A stretch of 63,766 bases of DNA, filler included, from Octopus bimaculoides (lineage: Eukaryota), in the NCBI RefSeq assembly GCF_001194135.2. It is 4 parts of 4 records of this genome, joined end to end, with 100 filler letters (N's around TTAATTAATTAA, not from the genome) between each part and the next. Parts side by side here need not be neighbours in the genome. Positions count along the whole stretch, not along the records: positions 35,951 to 63,766 come from NC_068981.1; 3 more parts are not named here. The stretch is one strand, 5' to 3'. Position 1 is the first letter of the stretch. Every line of letters starts with the position of its first letter. The notes beneath the pieces were generated by a model. The model was not told where the DNA came from, ran no database searches, and saw only the letters and a program-made list of their open reading frames with translations. The translations under genes were made by a program, and so were the position numbers. Of this stretch, positions 38,215-50,827 are shown in pieces.

Positions 38215-38650
38215 ATCTAGGTTCATAAATATTCTTATTTAGATCTAAGGATACATCAAGGAAATTAACAACCGTCAGGTTGGTATCTGTAGTTATGCTA
38301 AGACTGAAAGTTTTCATCATTTGGATAATGTCCTTCCTAAATTGATCTTGCGCTGGTCCATTGGTATTTGTGGTTAAAGCTACGGCATCATCTTTGTAAA
38401 TGGCGAAGTATACGTCAGGAAAAATCTTGCCCAACATATCGAGTCCAATAAGATCGCATGTGCCTGCTCCGTCATATGACCCCATGCTCACATCGAAAGT
38501 ACCCTCTGTATCAGTAGTCTTGACCCACTCTGCGTTCTCGCTGAAGAGTAAAGTCTTTGTAGCATGGAAGATTATGTCCTTATCCTGTGTACTGATTTCT
38601 CTGAATTCGCTTGCGAAGGTGAGGGCTTTATCTAGCAGTTCCTTAGATAT
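38215..38650 (-). mobile_element. Penelope-like retroelement RT fragment, Naiad-type
   Basis: ISKELLDKAL..FDVSMGSYDGAGTCDLIGL..YKDD..NFLDVSLDL; FDVxMGSYDG.E.C.LVG and Y(R/K)DD are typical of Naiad/Chlamys PLE RTs; begins abruptly in a TA microsatellite. Confidence 0.8.
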
Positions 38651-39214
38651 ATACATATATAATTATAATTTTCTTTTGTAAAACAAAGATAGCCTAGAAG
38701 TGCTCAGGTGGAACCCGAGGCGCTAGACAAATATTTTAGAATAGAATAGGTTGAAATGAGGTAGAATATGATTAACACATACATATATGGGTTTAATTAA
38801 GATAATAGAAGAATTGCCAAATCTGAAACATATATTGATATATTCAAAATATAAAAATATATGAATACTAAGAATATAGATGGACATATAGATATGTAAA
38901 CATACTAATAATAGAGTATAGCTAAAAAGAATGTGATATAGAAAAAAGGTGTGGGTTATTGAATGTTGACATGCGTTATTGAGCGTTTATAGGTTTGTGT
39001 CTTTTTTTCTTGGGATGTCTTCTATATCAGAATTTTAACCCACATTGATAGGTGCTAGATTGCACCTAAACACTTATTCTCTGGTATCTATAACTTCAGA
39101 AAGTTGAACTATGAACTTTTATGCCTCTTTTTTCTTTGTTTCCATCTTATTCTTTTACTCCCTTTCTCTATGTCGACATCATATTAATATATACCATTCT
39201 CATTTTCCCTATTT

Positions 39215-39270
39215 GTCTCTGATGATAGAATATTCAATACTCGAGGATATCCCAGAAACAGCTGTAAGAT
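39215..39270 (+). ncRNA. Type I hammerhead-ribozyme motif with palindromic stem III
   Basis: GTCT-CTGATGA-[TAGAATATTC...GGATATCCCA]-GAAAC-AGCT-GTA-AGAT; intact core, GUA site, 4-bp stem I, partly decayed stem II; the 3' half recurs at about 59165-59210 on minus. Confidence 0.65.
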
Positions 39271-40627
39271 TTTGAATTTCTTCCTATAATAATGTTGTAT
39301 ACAACTTGAGATGTTTGCTGACCTGTTTAACAATTATATATATACATATATATAATGGTGGTGACCCAGCTTGGTCGCAACCTCAAGGCCGAAACATATA
39401 AAAGAATATATATATAAACACACATATATATATAATAAATAATATATATAACTTCACCAGTTTTTTATTCTCTCTCTTTATTTCTTCGTGTTCCTTTTTG
39501 TTGAAGGCTCGAAACATAAACGACTTTCTCACCTTCCTGAGCATTAAACTGACACACACACTTGTTGTTTATAAACCTGTCTTCATCTTTTGTTTTTCTG
39601 TAAATTTCAATTATATATATATATACATATGCATATATATAGGTACAGGACATCACCAACAGTGCAAATAACATGAAATACGTAAACACAAGAAAAATAT
39701 GGTAAACAGGACAAGTTAACACAGAGAACGGACCCTTCATCAGTTTTTGATAATGTGTGTGTGTACATATTAATGTGTGTACATATTAATGTGTATAACT
39801 TGATAACATTTTTTGATCAAACTGTTTTTTTAGACTGGTGTGTGTGTTTCTAACAACAGGAGTCCTTCAACTGTGTAATATACAAAACTTACTCAACCTT
39901 GAGTACGCTGAAGTCAGAGTTGGTCTATCTCTCATTTCGAGCATTCTAGACAGACAGCCAACAACTGATGAAAGGTCCTTTCTCTGTGTTAACTTGTCCT
40001 GTTTTCCATTTTTTTCTTGTGTTTACTTATTTCACTCATTTTTTCTCTTGTTTGTTTACGTATTTCATGTGATTTGCACCATTGGTGACATCCTGTATAT
40101 ATACATATATTATTTGATTGAACACGACACAGCCATCTCCAAGTAAGTTTATTTTCCACATATATATAGATATATGTAACATCATCATCGTTTAACCTCT
40201 GCTTTCCATACTGGCATGGGTTGGATGGTTTGACCTATGACTGGCAAGCTGGGAGGCTGCACTAAGCTCCACACACACACACACACACACGTACAAATGG
40301 TTTCTTTCAAATCCACTCACAAGGCTTTGTTTGGCTTGAAGCTATAGTGAAAAACACTTGCCCAAGGTGTCATGCTGTAGGACTGAACCTAGAACCATGT
40401 GGCTGGGAAGCAATTTTCTTACCACAACACAAGCATGCCTGATGGGATTCTTTCAATTTCCATCAACTAAATCCACTAGCAAGGTTTTGGATGACCTGGG
40501 GCTATAGTAGAAGACATTTGCCCAAGGTGTTGCATAGTGACATGAATACAAAAATCACAAGGTTGGAAACAAGCAATGCCTTCACAGTAACAAATTCTTC
40601 AACACATTAAATTTTGAAATAATCACA

Positions 40628-40695
40628 TTTATTTAGCATATAATACAAATTATAATATATGGAAAAATACTCATAATAACATTATTTAATTTATT
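40628..40695 (-). promoter_or_regulatory. Candidate polyadenylation signals of TMBIM4 (AATAAA at 40690-40695 and 40628-40633, minus)
   Basis: Two AATAAA hexamers about 85 and 150 nt after the stop codon; AT-rich context makes chance matches likely. Confidence 0.35.
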
Positions 40696-40778
40696 CATTA
40701 TTTAACTGGTTGTTAGATTAATTTATTTAAATCATTAATAAAAAAAATTGGAACTCCTCTGTTATTGGAAGTCAATAT

Positions 40779-40982
40779 TTATTTTCGATTATCATTGAGT
40801 ATACGTAAGATGTATAGAAACAGATTGATGATATCCAAATAGAGATTGATAGAAGCTACAATGTATTCTTCAGCTGACAACTTGTGCATCATCATGTGAG
40901 TATCAAAGACAATAAACAGTGAGAAGACAATTGCACCTCCAATAGCCAACAGTTTGTCAAGCATTTCACTCTGGAAGAATAT
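40779..40982 (-). CDS. TMBIM4: TMBIM4 terminal coding exon
   Basis: ttattttag|ATATTC...TAA; IFFQSEMLDKLLAIGGAIVFSLFIVFDTHMMMHKLSAEEYIVASINLYLDIINLFLYILRILNDNRK*; contains FIVFDT and EEY...LYLDIINLF motifs of BI-1 family proteins. Confidence 0.97.
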   Translation of the reverse strand: MFFQSEMLDKLLAIGGAIVFSLFIVFDTHMMMHKLSAEEYIVASINLYLDIINLFLYILRILNDNRK

Positions 40983-41269
40983 CTAAAATAAAGAAAATAT
41001 TACAAATATTTATTTTTAACCAAACTTATGACTGGTTGGTAGCCATTGTCTAATCAATTCAAATATAAAAATGTAATTATAAATAGTTTACTGAAGTTTG
41101 TGACTGAAAATTTATAGCAATTTTGAACATATTTGATAATGTGTATGTGTACATATTAATGTGTATAACTTGATAGCATTTTTTGATCAAACTGTTTTTT
41201 AGACTGGTGTGTGTGTTTCTAACAACCAGCTGTGTGATATACAAAACCTTACCCACCCTTGAGAATGCT

Positions 41270-42340
41270 GAAGTCAGAGTTGGTCTATCTCTCAATACAA
41301 AGAAGACTGAATACCTGAGGATTAATGAAGATGAAAGCCACCTGTCAATCTGTCCCAGAGACAGCATACAGCTGAAGGTGGTCAGTGACTACAGTAAAAA
41401 TGTCCGTTACAAGAAACAAGGCTTGTTTCAAAACATCTAACAAGTATTGCAATGAATTCAGTGTACAGGCAGGAGTTCACCAAAGCTCAGCTCTCAGCCC
41501 ACTCTTGTTTATCTTAGTCCTATGGGACTTTACAAAGTAATTCAAGACTGGTTGTCCCTGGGAGCTCCTCTACACTGATGACCTAGTTCTTATAGCTGAC
41601 TCATTACCTGATCTAGAGAAGAAATTTCAGGTGTGGAAACAAAGCCTGGAATCTAAGGGCCTTAAAATTAATCTAGCAAAAATTAAAGTCCTAATAAGTA
41701 GGAAGACAGACAAATCACAAGTCCCTTCTGGGAGATGACCCTCCTTGATATGTAAGAAAGGTGTTGGTAGGAACTCCATACGTTGTACTTAGTGCAAGCT
41801 TTGGACACATAAGAGGTGTCGCGGTACCAAAAGAAGGCTAACGGAGAATATAGTCTTTGTGTGTGGTAAATGTGCTGGTACAATAAGCACTAAAAATGCA
41901 CAGACAATTGACACCCTCAAATGCTCGGGGAAATCATTACAAGTAGTAGACAGGTTCTGATTACCCTGTTAATCTTTCAACTACTTCTCTCTTACAACAA
42001 TAAATCTGTTCCTGTCATTATTCCCTCTATGTACCCCATCTAAAGTTAGCACTCCCCACACCTATCTGTCTCTCTCTCCTATTCTACTTTCCAGTATAGA
42101 GGCTCTTAAAGTCTTGACAGTTCCAGGCAGCCTCATTGGAGTTGTGCCATGACAAAGTACTCAGTCCACCACTCTGTAAACTGGTTAACACTAGGAAGTA
42201 CTTCAAGCCGTACCAACCATCAAAAACAGACACTGGAACATAATGTTGGAGTCTGTTGAACCATCCAATTCATGCCAATATAGAAAGTAAACAAACAATG
42301 ATGGTGATGATGAGGATTGATCGGTCTATCTGTCTGCCTA
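41270..42340 (+). mobile_element. Composite RTE fragments in the last TMBIM4 intron
   Basis: VGLSLNTKKTEYL, then GVHQSSALSPLLF..WELLYTDDLV..GLKINLAK, then an RTE-type tail ending in GAT repeats. Confidence 0.8.
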
Positions 42341-42823
42341 TGTATGTATCTTTAGAAAGATACACACACACACACACATGTGTATGCATATACACTGGCA
42401 ATTATAACATCAGTTATAATATATAAAAGAATTTATGTATTAGGTCAACATTTATGTATTGGGTCCTGTAATTTAATGCTTCATGGTGAAGCATCAGAAA
42501 TTTACACACACACACAATTTATATATATCTACTGTCAATGATTAAGAAAATAAAAATTTTCAAACATTTAAGCCCCTATTAAAAGAAACTATCGAAGATT
42601 GTTTCCAGGATTAAACAATAATGACTCCTATTAGTAAGAAACTTAACAAGAATTATAAAACAATTGTCAAGGCTATATTGAAGATTAATGATTATCATTG
42701 GCACAGCTGCTATTGCTACTACTACAACAATAATAATCATCCCAATAGTAATGAGATTAAAGATAACAATATTTGTGTTAATAGTAATAATAAGTCACTA
42801 TAATAACCACATTAATAGTATAG

Positions 42824-43745
42824 ACTAGCAGAAATACCCGGCGTTGCCAGGGTTAAAGAGAATAATGAAATCTAAATACGCCGTCTAGACTATGCATCAT
42901 CTTTATATATAGAGATGTATATACACACACGCACCCAAACACACGTATATATATGTATATCAATATAAATACATGAAAGTCAATGAAGTTTCGTAAAAGA
43001 AGGTGATCATGTACATACTTTCTTGCTGTTGTGAAAATAACACCTCATTGTAAACTATGTTCCTTGTTTTCCCTTGTGGAGCATATACAAATAGGTTTTT
43101 TGTTGCTGCCCACTCTTGAGCAGCCAACNNNNNNNNNNNNNNNNNNNNNNNNNNNNNNNNNNNNNNNNNNNNNNNNNNNNNNNNNNNNNNNNNNNNNNNN
43201 NNNNNNNNNNNNNNNNNNNNNNNNNNNNNNNNNNNNNNNNNNNNNNNNNNNNNNNNNNNNNNNNNNNNNNNNNNNNNNNNNNNNNNNNNNNNNNNNNNNN
43301 NNNNNNNNNNNNNNNNNNNNNNNNNNNNNNNNNNNNNNNNNNNNNNNNNNNNNNNNNNNNNNNNNNNNNNNNNNNNNNNNNNNNNNNNNNNNNNNNNNNN
43401 NNNNNNNNNNNNNNNNNNNNNNNNNNNNNNNNNNNNNNNNNNNNNCAGTATCGAAATGTGATTGTTTCAGTTAGTGGAATAGTTTCATTTTTAAAGTGAA
43501 AGTATTTGACATGAGTGTTTTTGTTTCACTTTTGACACGTAATACTTAAATAGTGGAGGAGATATTATGTTGCCGTGTGCTCGAACTCTGCAAGAAGTTA
43601 ATAATTTTTTTTGACTAAAACACAACTGGAACCCTAAGTAAGGCATGTGTAAAATTTGAATGAAATTGGTTGCGTAGTTCTCGAGTTTTAGGGATTCACA
43701 CAGACAGACAGACACACACACATTCTCATTTTTATATATATAGAT
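42824..43745 (+). mobile_element. HINE/DINE-1-like non-autonomous Helentron-type element (contains gap)
   Basis: Starts ACTAGCAG..ACCCGGCGTTGCCAGGG and ends ACACACATTCTCATTTTTATATATATAGAT, the usual ends of such elements; a similar start occurs at about 63508. Confidence 0.5.
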
Positions 43746-44039
43746 AATACTATAGACAACATGGAAATGAACTGGAATATTAATAACAAAAATGCAGAAG
43801 CTAATAGTAATTTAACATGATATAAATAATTGTAAGAGCAATAATTGTACACAACAATTGCCCTCTGGGTGACCATTGCTTGCAATAAAATGTCATTGAT
43901 GCATTGTTGATATACTAAGCACCAGAATTCGACTAAAATACAAATTAGGTCCTCCGCTGATTTCAAGAGACACTACTTAGCTCATGTCAGTTTTAATTTT
44001 TTAGTATGTGCATTAGCAAATAATATTCATCACATCAAG

Positions 44040-45340
44040 GTTAATAACATTTCCTATAGTACTCCTGCAACTATTATGATTGGAAGACCATATCAGGGTG
44101 GTTACACTGCACACAATCTGCAGAGTATGCTAGCTTCATTTCTTTCAAGCCTTTGCAAGTCCTCTGTAGTCAAAGCCTATGTTTCACTGCCCAGTAACAT
44201 AGCTGTATGTACATGGGCATTGTACAATCTGACTTACACTTTGAGAGAGAGGCCCTTAGTTACCAACAAAGGTAGGAGCTCTCTGAACTTTGCCCAGCCT
44301 GTTCTTAATCTAGTAACTATACTTTCAGAACTTCCTCCACCATTGTTAACTTGGTCTCCTAGGTTACAGAAGCTGTCTACTACTTGTAATGATTTCCCCG
44401 AGCATTTGAGGGTGTCAATTGTCTGTGCATTTTTAGTGCTTATTGTACCAGCACTTTTACCACACACAAAGACTATATTCTCCGTTAGCCTTCTTTTGGT
44501 ACCGCGACACCTCTTATGTGTCCAAAGCTTGCACTAAGTACAACATATGGAGTTCCTACCAACACCCTTCTTACATATCAAGGAGGGTCATCTCCCAGAA
44601 GGGACTTGTGATTTGTGTTTTCCTACTTATTAGGACTTTAATTTTTGCTAGATTAATTCTAAAGCCCTTAGATTCCAGGCTTTGTTTCCACACTTGAAAT
44701 TTCTTCTTTAGATCAGGTAGTAAGTCAGCTATAAGAACTAGGTCATCAGTGTAGAGGAGCTCCCAGGGACAACCAGTCTTGAATTACTTTGTAAAGTCCC
44801 ATAGGACTAAGATAAACAAGAGTGGGCTGAGAACTGAGCTTTGGTGAACTCCTACCTGTACACTGAATTCATTGCAATACTTGTTGCCAACCTTCACCTT
44901 ACTGGCAACCTCTCTGTACATGGTTTGTACCACTCTAACTAACCACTCATCTATACCTAGCTTTCACATTGACCACTAGATAAGGGAGTGGGGGGCCTCT
45001 GTCAAAGGCTTTCTCCATGTCTACAAAAGCCAGGTACAGAGGTTTACTTTGGGTTAAATACTTTTGCAGTTGCCTAACCAGGAATATAGCATCAGTTGTG
45101 TTTCTGCCTGGCACAAATCCGAACTGCATCTCATCTACACTTCCTCATTAATTGAGCTATGACCCTTTCTGTGATGTTCATCACCTGGTCCAGCAATTTG
45201 ATGCCTCTGTAATTAATTCTGTCTAAAGTATCACCTTTGCCTTTGTAAAAGTTGCCCATATTGCTGCTACATCAATCGTTAAGTATGACTTCCTCATGGA
45301 GAACCTGATTAACTATATGGGTGACTAGGCTATATCCTAC
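44040..45340 (-). mobile_element. RTE RT region, decayed
   Basis: QFGFVPGRNTTDAIF, FVDMEKAFDR, WELLYTDD, RTGWAKFRELLPLL. Confidence 0.88.
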
Positions 45341-45894
45341 TCTGCCTATATATATATATATGTAAAGTAATAACAATAATAATCCTCGGATGGAATTTAT
45401 AAATATTTTAATGCATCACAATGCTTGTTTTCACAAACTGCATGTTTCTTAAGATCATAGTCCATATTTCTGGGATGATTACAATACAGTTTGTAGTATC
45501 CATGGACATGGAGTAGATCATGTTCATGCATTCATTTCTTTGGGAAAAGTAGCATCAATGGATGTTTAACTGAGGGCTGTTTACCAATTTTGACTAATGA
45601 GAAGGTTGATTGGGGTATGTGAGCAGTTCTGTGTCTATTTGGTGGGGAGGGGTGGAAGAGTAATGGTGAAGATTGGGTGTGTCTGAAGAGTCATGGGTGG
45701 TACGCTTAATTCAGCACTTTATTTCACACCAGCATGTGACTTATCAGTGAAATCATTCAACTATTTAATAATTTTGATATTTCAGCTATCTGATTGTTTT
45801 CTTGATTGTCATTTTGTGATGTAATTTAAATGCATGTTTTCAAGAACACTAATATTGAATAAAAGTTGTCACATATGCTATATACAAATTTATC

Positions 45895-48210
45895 ATCATC
45901 ATTATTTAGTGTCCACTTTCCATGCTTGCTAGGGTCAGATGGAATTTAATGAGGCAGATTTTTTATGGCTGGATATCCTTCCTGACACAATCCTCATCTA
46001 TTTCTAAGCAAGGTCATATTTATTTACAGCCATTACATGTCCAGACAAGAGTACATGCTAACACTCCCACTCTCATCATCATTTAACATCTGCTTTCCAT
46101 GTTGGTATGAGCAGGATGGTTCAACAGCAACTGGCCAGCTGGGGAGTTGCCCAGGTTCCAATCTTCTATTTTGGCATGGTTTCTGTGGCTGGATGCCATT
46201 CCTAACGCCAGCCATTTCACGGAGTGGACAGGGTGATTTTTATGTGGCACCTGCAAAAGCATTTTTATGTCACACCAGCATGGGTGCTTTTACAAGGCAC
46301 TGACATGAGTGTTTTTTTTATGTAACCAGCATCCAAGAGCCCTCAAGGGTGAGAGAGGGATGTAGAGGATGTACCTGTATGTATGGACAACCACAGTTTT
46401 ACTTAACTTCATGTGTCTTCACAAGCACAGCAAACCACCAGAAGCCTCGGTCCCTTGTCATTTCTTGTGAGGCTTAACATCTGAAGACCCTTTCTCACTA
46501 TTTCAACTCATGTCTTCCTAGGTCCATCCCTTCCACACATTTCCGCCACAATTTGAGATTGGCACTTCTCTAAGTAGCTGTACTCATCCACATGCATCAC
46601 ACGACCATACCAGTGCAGCCATCTCTCTTGCACATTACAACTGACGTTTCTTATACCCAATTTTTCTCTTAAATTATTTGCTTTCTGCTGTAAATGAACA
46701 CTGACATTATCCATCCAGTGAAACATGCTGGTTTCATTTCTTTCAAGCCTTTGCATGGCTTCTGTAGTCATAGTCTAAGTTTCACTACCAAGTAGCAGAG
46801 CTGAACATACACAGGCATCATACAATCTGCCTTTCACTCTTTGATACAGGCCTTTTGTTACCTACAAAAGTAGTAGCACTCCGAACATTGTTCAGCCTTT
46901 TCTTATTCAAGCAACTACGCTTTCAAAACTCCCTCCTTCCACTGCTAACTTGATCACCTAGATAATAGAAGTTATCTACTACTACTAAGGATCTCCCAGA
47001 CACTTGAGGAAGTCTATTCTCTGTACATTCTTAGTGTTTATTGCATCTGCACATCTGTCACATGCAAAGACTACTTTTTCAGTTAACCCCGTAATAACAC
47101 TGCACCTCTGATGTGCCCATAACTTGCACAAAGTACACTGTATGGCGTTTTTACCAGCACTTTTCTTACATATTAAACAGAGCTATCACCCTCTATCACT
47201 CTGAAGGGAGTTGAGATTTGTCTGTTTTCCTACTTACTAGGACTGTGGTCTTAACTAAATTAACTCTAAAGCCTTTAGATTCCAGACCTTTCTTCCACAT
47301 CTGAAATTTTCTCTGTAGTTTAAGTAGCAATTCAGCTATAAGAACAAGGTCATCAGCATAGAGGAGCTCCCAAGGGCAGCCAGACTTAAATTCCTCTGAT
47401 ACGGCCTGGAGGACTATGATATACAAGAGGGGAACCGATCATTGGTGAACTACTACTTGTACACTAAATTCATTGCTAACTTTCACCTTACTGACAACAT
47501 CTTTGTTCATGGTTTGTACTGCTCTTACCAACCACTTATCTATTCCTAACTTCTGCACTGACTACTAGATGAGGGAATTGGGGACTCTATCTAAGGCTTT
47601 CTTCAGGTCTACAAAAGCCAAGTACTGAGGTTTATTCTTGGCTAAATGTTTCTCCTGCAGTTGCCTCACCAGGAAGATAGCATCAATAGTGCTTCTCTTT
47701 GGCACAAAACTGAACTGTATCTCATTCAGGCTAACTTTCTTCCTAATTAATTAAGGCGATAACCCTCTCTGTAATTTTCATCACCTGGTCCAACAATTTG
47801 ATACCTCTGTAATTATTTCTGTCTAAGGTATCATCTTTACCTTTGTAGCAGTTGACTATAAGGCCACTACATCAGTTACTGGGTATGATTCCCTTGTGGA
47901 TAACCTAATTAACTATACAGTTGACTACGATCCCACTCTACCAGATATTTTAAGTATCTCAGTGATGATTCCTGAAGGGTTGGGTGCTTTCTCTGTCTTC
48001 ATATCCTTAATCGCTTTATCTACCAAGCTACTTTTGATTTGGATAGCTGGTCCCTCTGTTGGGCTAACATTAGGCAGATTCTCCTTCTCTCATGCATCCT
48101 TATATTTAGCAGCCTTTCATAGTGTCATTTCTATAGTGTCCCTTTCTTTGCAGAATCACTAACTGCAAGTACCATCATCCATGTGAACACATTTCTTTCC
48201 TACAACATCA
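45895..48210 (-). mobile_element. RTE RT + 3' UTR, decayed
   Basis: GCPWELLYADDLV at about 47345, LREKLGIR..QERWLHWYGRV..RKT, tail with (CAT)n at about 45895. Confidence 0.88.
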
Positions 48211-49039
48211 GTTATCTCTCAACAGGCTTCTTTCAGTTTCCGTCTACCAAACCCACTCAATTTGGTCAACCTGGGCCTATAGTAGAAGACACTTACGCAT
48301 GATGCCACACAGTAGGACTGAATCTCAAACCATGTGGTTGGAAAGTGAACCGCTTAAGTACGTAGCCATTTGTGTGTGTATGTGTATATATACACACACA
48401 CACACACATGGTTCCAGGTTCAGCCCCAGTGCATGGTACATTGAGAAAGTCTTCTACTATAGCCCCAGGCTTCTACTATGACTCAAGCTCCCAATTCAAA
48501 TTCATAATAATGGAATTGAATGGTGACAGAGTCATGGAAATCAGTGAAAGTAGTGGCAAAAAACCCCCAAATATATGTGTGTGTGTGTGTGTGTGTTAAT
48601 GCGTTTAAATGTATAAATACGAGTTGACATTTATAGCAAAAAGTGGAGGAAGATATCATTGTTTATAACATAGTGGAAAACTGGCATATTTTATGGGCCA
48701 ACCTGTTGAAGACTACAAACCAGACTAAAACTGTGGCTAGTGCAAGGTCCAGCCAATAAGTCATGTGGTGGAGAATACTATTGCTGACATAAACATAAAT
48801 GCAAAGAGATAGATTGGAAAAGGTTGCAGAGATCACTACCATAAAGCCAGAAAAGGAATAAAGTGTCTAATATATTTAGATATAGGAAGCATAGAAAGTA
48901 AAGGGTTCGCATTTGAGCAGGTGCATCAGATATTTTGGATTGAAAGAGAATGTGCTGGAGAAACCAGTAAAAGAAAAGGAGAATTTTATAACTAGCTTTA
49001 AAAATCAATCATTAATAGGAAAAATTTAAATGACTGATT

Positions 49040-49578
49040 TGGAAAGTGCCACACCCTAACAGTTGAGGGAACCCGTGGAAGAGGTAGGCCCAGGAAGACC
49101 TGGGCTGAGGTGGTGAGGCAAGACCTTCGTACATTGGGCCTCACCGAGGCGATGACTACGGACCGAGACCTTTGGAAATGTGCTGTGCGTGAGAAGACCC
49201 GGCAAGCCAAGTAAGATCGTTGCCAGTGCCCCTGGACTGGTTCTTGTGCGGGTGGCACATGAGATGCACCATTTTGAGCGTGGCCGTTGCCAGTACCGCC
49301 TGACTGGCTCCTGTAGGATTTTCGAGCGAGATCGTTGCCAGTGCCCCTGGACTGGCTTGTGCGGGNNNNNNNNNNNNNNNNNNNNNNNNNNNNNNNNNNN
49401 NNNNNNNNNNNNNNNNNNNAAAACCACCCACTACACTCTCTGAGTGGTTGGCGTTAGGAAGGGCATCCAGCTGTAGAAACTCTGCCAAATCAGACTGGAG
49501 CCTGGTGTTACCATCCGGTTTCACCAGTCCTCAGTCAAATCGTCCAACCCATGCTAGCATGGAAAGCGGACGTTAAAC

Positions 49579-49608
<30 letters not shown>
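49040..49608 (+). mobile_element. Young 5'-truncated RTE copy: RT C-terminus, repeat-containing 3' UTR, (GAT)n tail
   Basis: KCHTLTVEGTRGRGRPRKTWAEVVRQDLRTLGLTEAMTTDRDLWKCAVREKTRQAK* open; tail ACGTTAAAC(GAT)10. Confidence 0.92.
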
Positions 49609-49609
<1 letters not shown>

Positions 49610-49687
49610 CAGTGTATATTAAAAAGGTGAAGATAATGAAAAGAGGAGTCAATGAATATTAATAGTATAAACATAAAGGGTACTTAC

Positions 49688-49733
49688 TTGTAAAAGTCCA
49701 GCCAAAATAATAATCCATAACACTGAAAAAAGA
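49688..49733 (-). CDS. TMBIM4: TMBIM4 coding exon (46 bp)
   Basis: ccttcttttcag|TCTTTTTTCAG...TTACAA|gtaagt; LFSVLWIIILAGLLQ; phase 2 to 0. Confidence 0.92.
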
Positions 49734-50306
49734 CTGAAAAGAAGGAAAATTCATTTAGCGCTTACAGGAATAAAATTTACAATTTATGAATTAAGAAGAA
49801 ATACTATGAAATGCTTTGGAGCATAAATATAGGGGAGATAATTACAGCAAAGACCATTTAAATTTAGTTGGGGGAAAAAAGTTTTCTCATTGATGCAAGA
49901 CGGATTGGATCAAAGACAAAAGGATTTAGTAAACGAATATTTCATTTTCTCCATTATCAACAACACTTAAAGTTATTGTAACCAGGAATCGAAATCAGTA
50001 ACAAGTTTTACTAAGTTTCTAAGTTCCTTACAATTACGTTGGGGGTAAAAGCATTGATGGTTCTTGCAAGATTGGAAATAAAGATTAGATTGACATAACT
50101 AAATGCAATGAGGCAGTTAATGTACTTTGTCAGGTAGCCAGTCTTATTGACAAAATCATAGTTACATTATTTTTATGAGTTGAAAAGAATTTTCATAAAA
50201 TTTACATGGAAGTTGCATGAATTTACATGTTAAAAACAACTAGTCAGTTTATATTTAATATTGTTCAAAATATATAACAATAGCTCAACTTATATATGAT
50301 ACTTAC

Positions 50307-50424
50307 CCAGCTCCTAACTTGCTGAAATCCCTTTTGCTTTGCAATGTGTAAATACTCAGACCAAAAGTGACAGCACAGGTCAGTGCAAATGCTTCTAACA
50401 CCAATGATACGTGATAGAATGTTA
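50307..50424 (-). CDS. TMBIM4: TMBIM4 coding exon (118 bp)
   Basis: ttttcaacag|TAACATTC...GGAGCTGG|gtaagt; [38 protein letters not shown](G), YTLQSKxDFS motif. Confidence 0.95.
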
Positions 50425-50549
50425 CTGTTGAAAAGCAAAATTAAACATAGCAATAAATACAGGTGAAAACAACAGTAATAAAAAATGTTATTTTAGAAAT
50501 AACTGATACAAGTAATTGACAATATTAAGTAGTAGAAATAAAATATTAC

Positions 50550-50583
50550 CAATCACTCCAACTGTGTAAGCTTCTAGGGCAGT
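50550..50583 (-). CDS. TMBIM4: TMBIM4 small coding exon (34 bp)
   Basis: tttctttgtag|ACTGCCCTAGAAGCTTACACAGTTGGAGTGATTG|gtaat; TALEAYTVGVI(V); bridges phase 0 to phase 1 exactly as required. Confidence 0.9.
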
Positions 50584-50827
50584 CTACAAAGAAAAAAAAA
50601 TTATTGCAAGTATAAGATTCAACAGTAATAAAGATAGAGTAATTTCTAAAGCATATACCCCAAATATCAATCAAAATGTTGCTCTATTCTTGAATCTAAA
50701 AGATTCATAGGACTAATACTTAGCTGTAATGTTAAGAAGTTGTACTGTGTAAGTGAAGCAAGTTTCTGTCAAAACTATTATACATTTTCAAATTATATAG
50801 AAAAATGCGAGCAAGAGAAATAATATA

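Noticed and set aside
49515-49540. CTGAGGA..GAAAC on the antisense strand of the RTE tail
   Set aside because: No NUH site and no stem I; a chance match.
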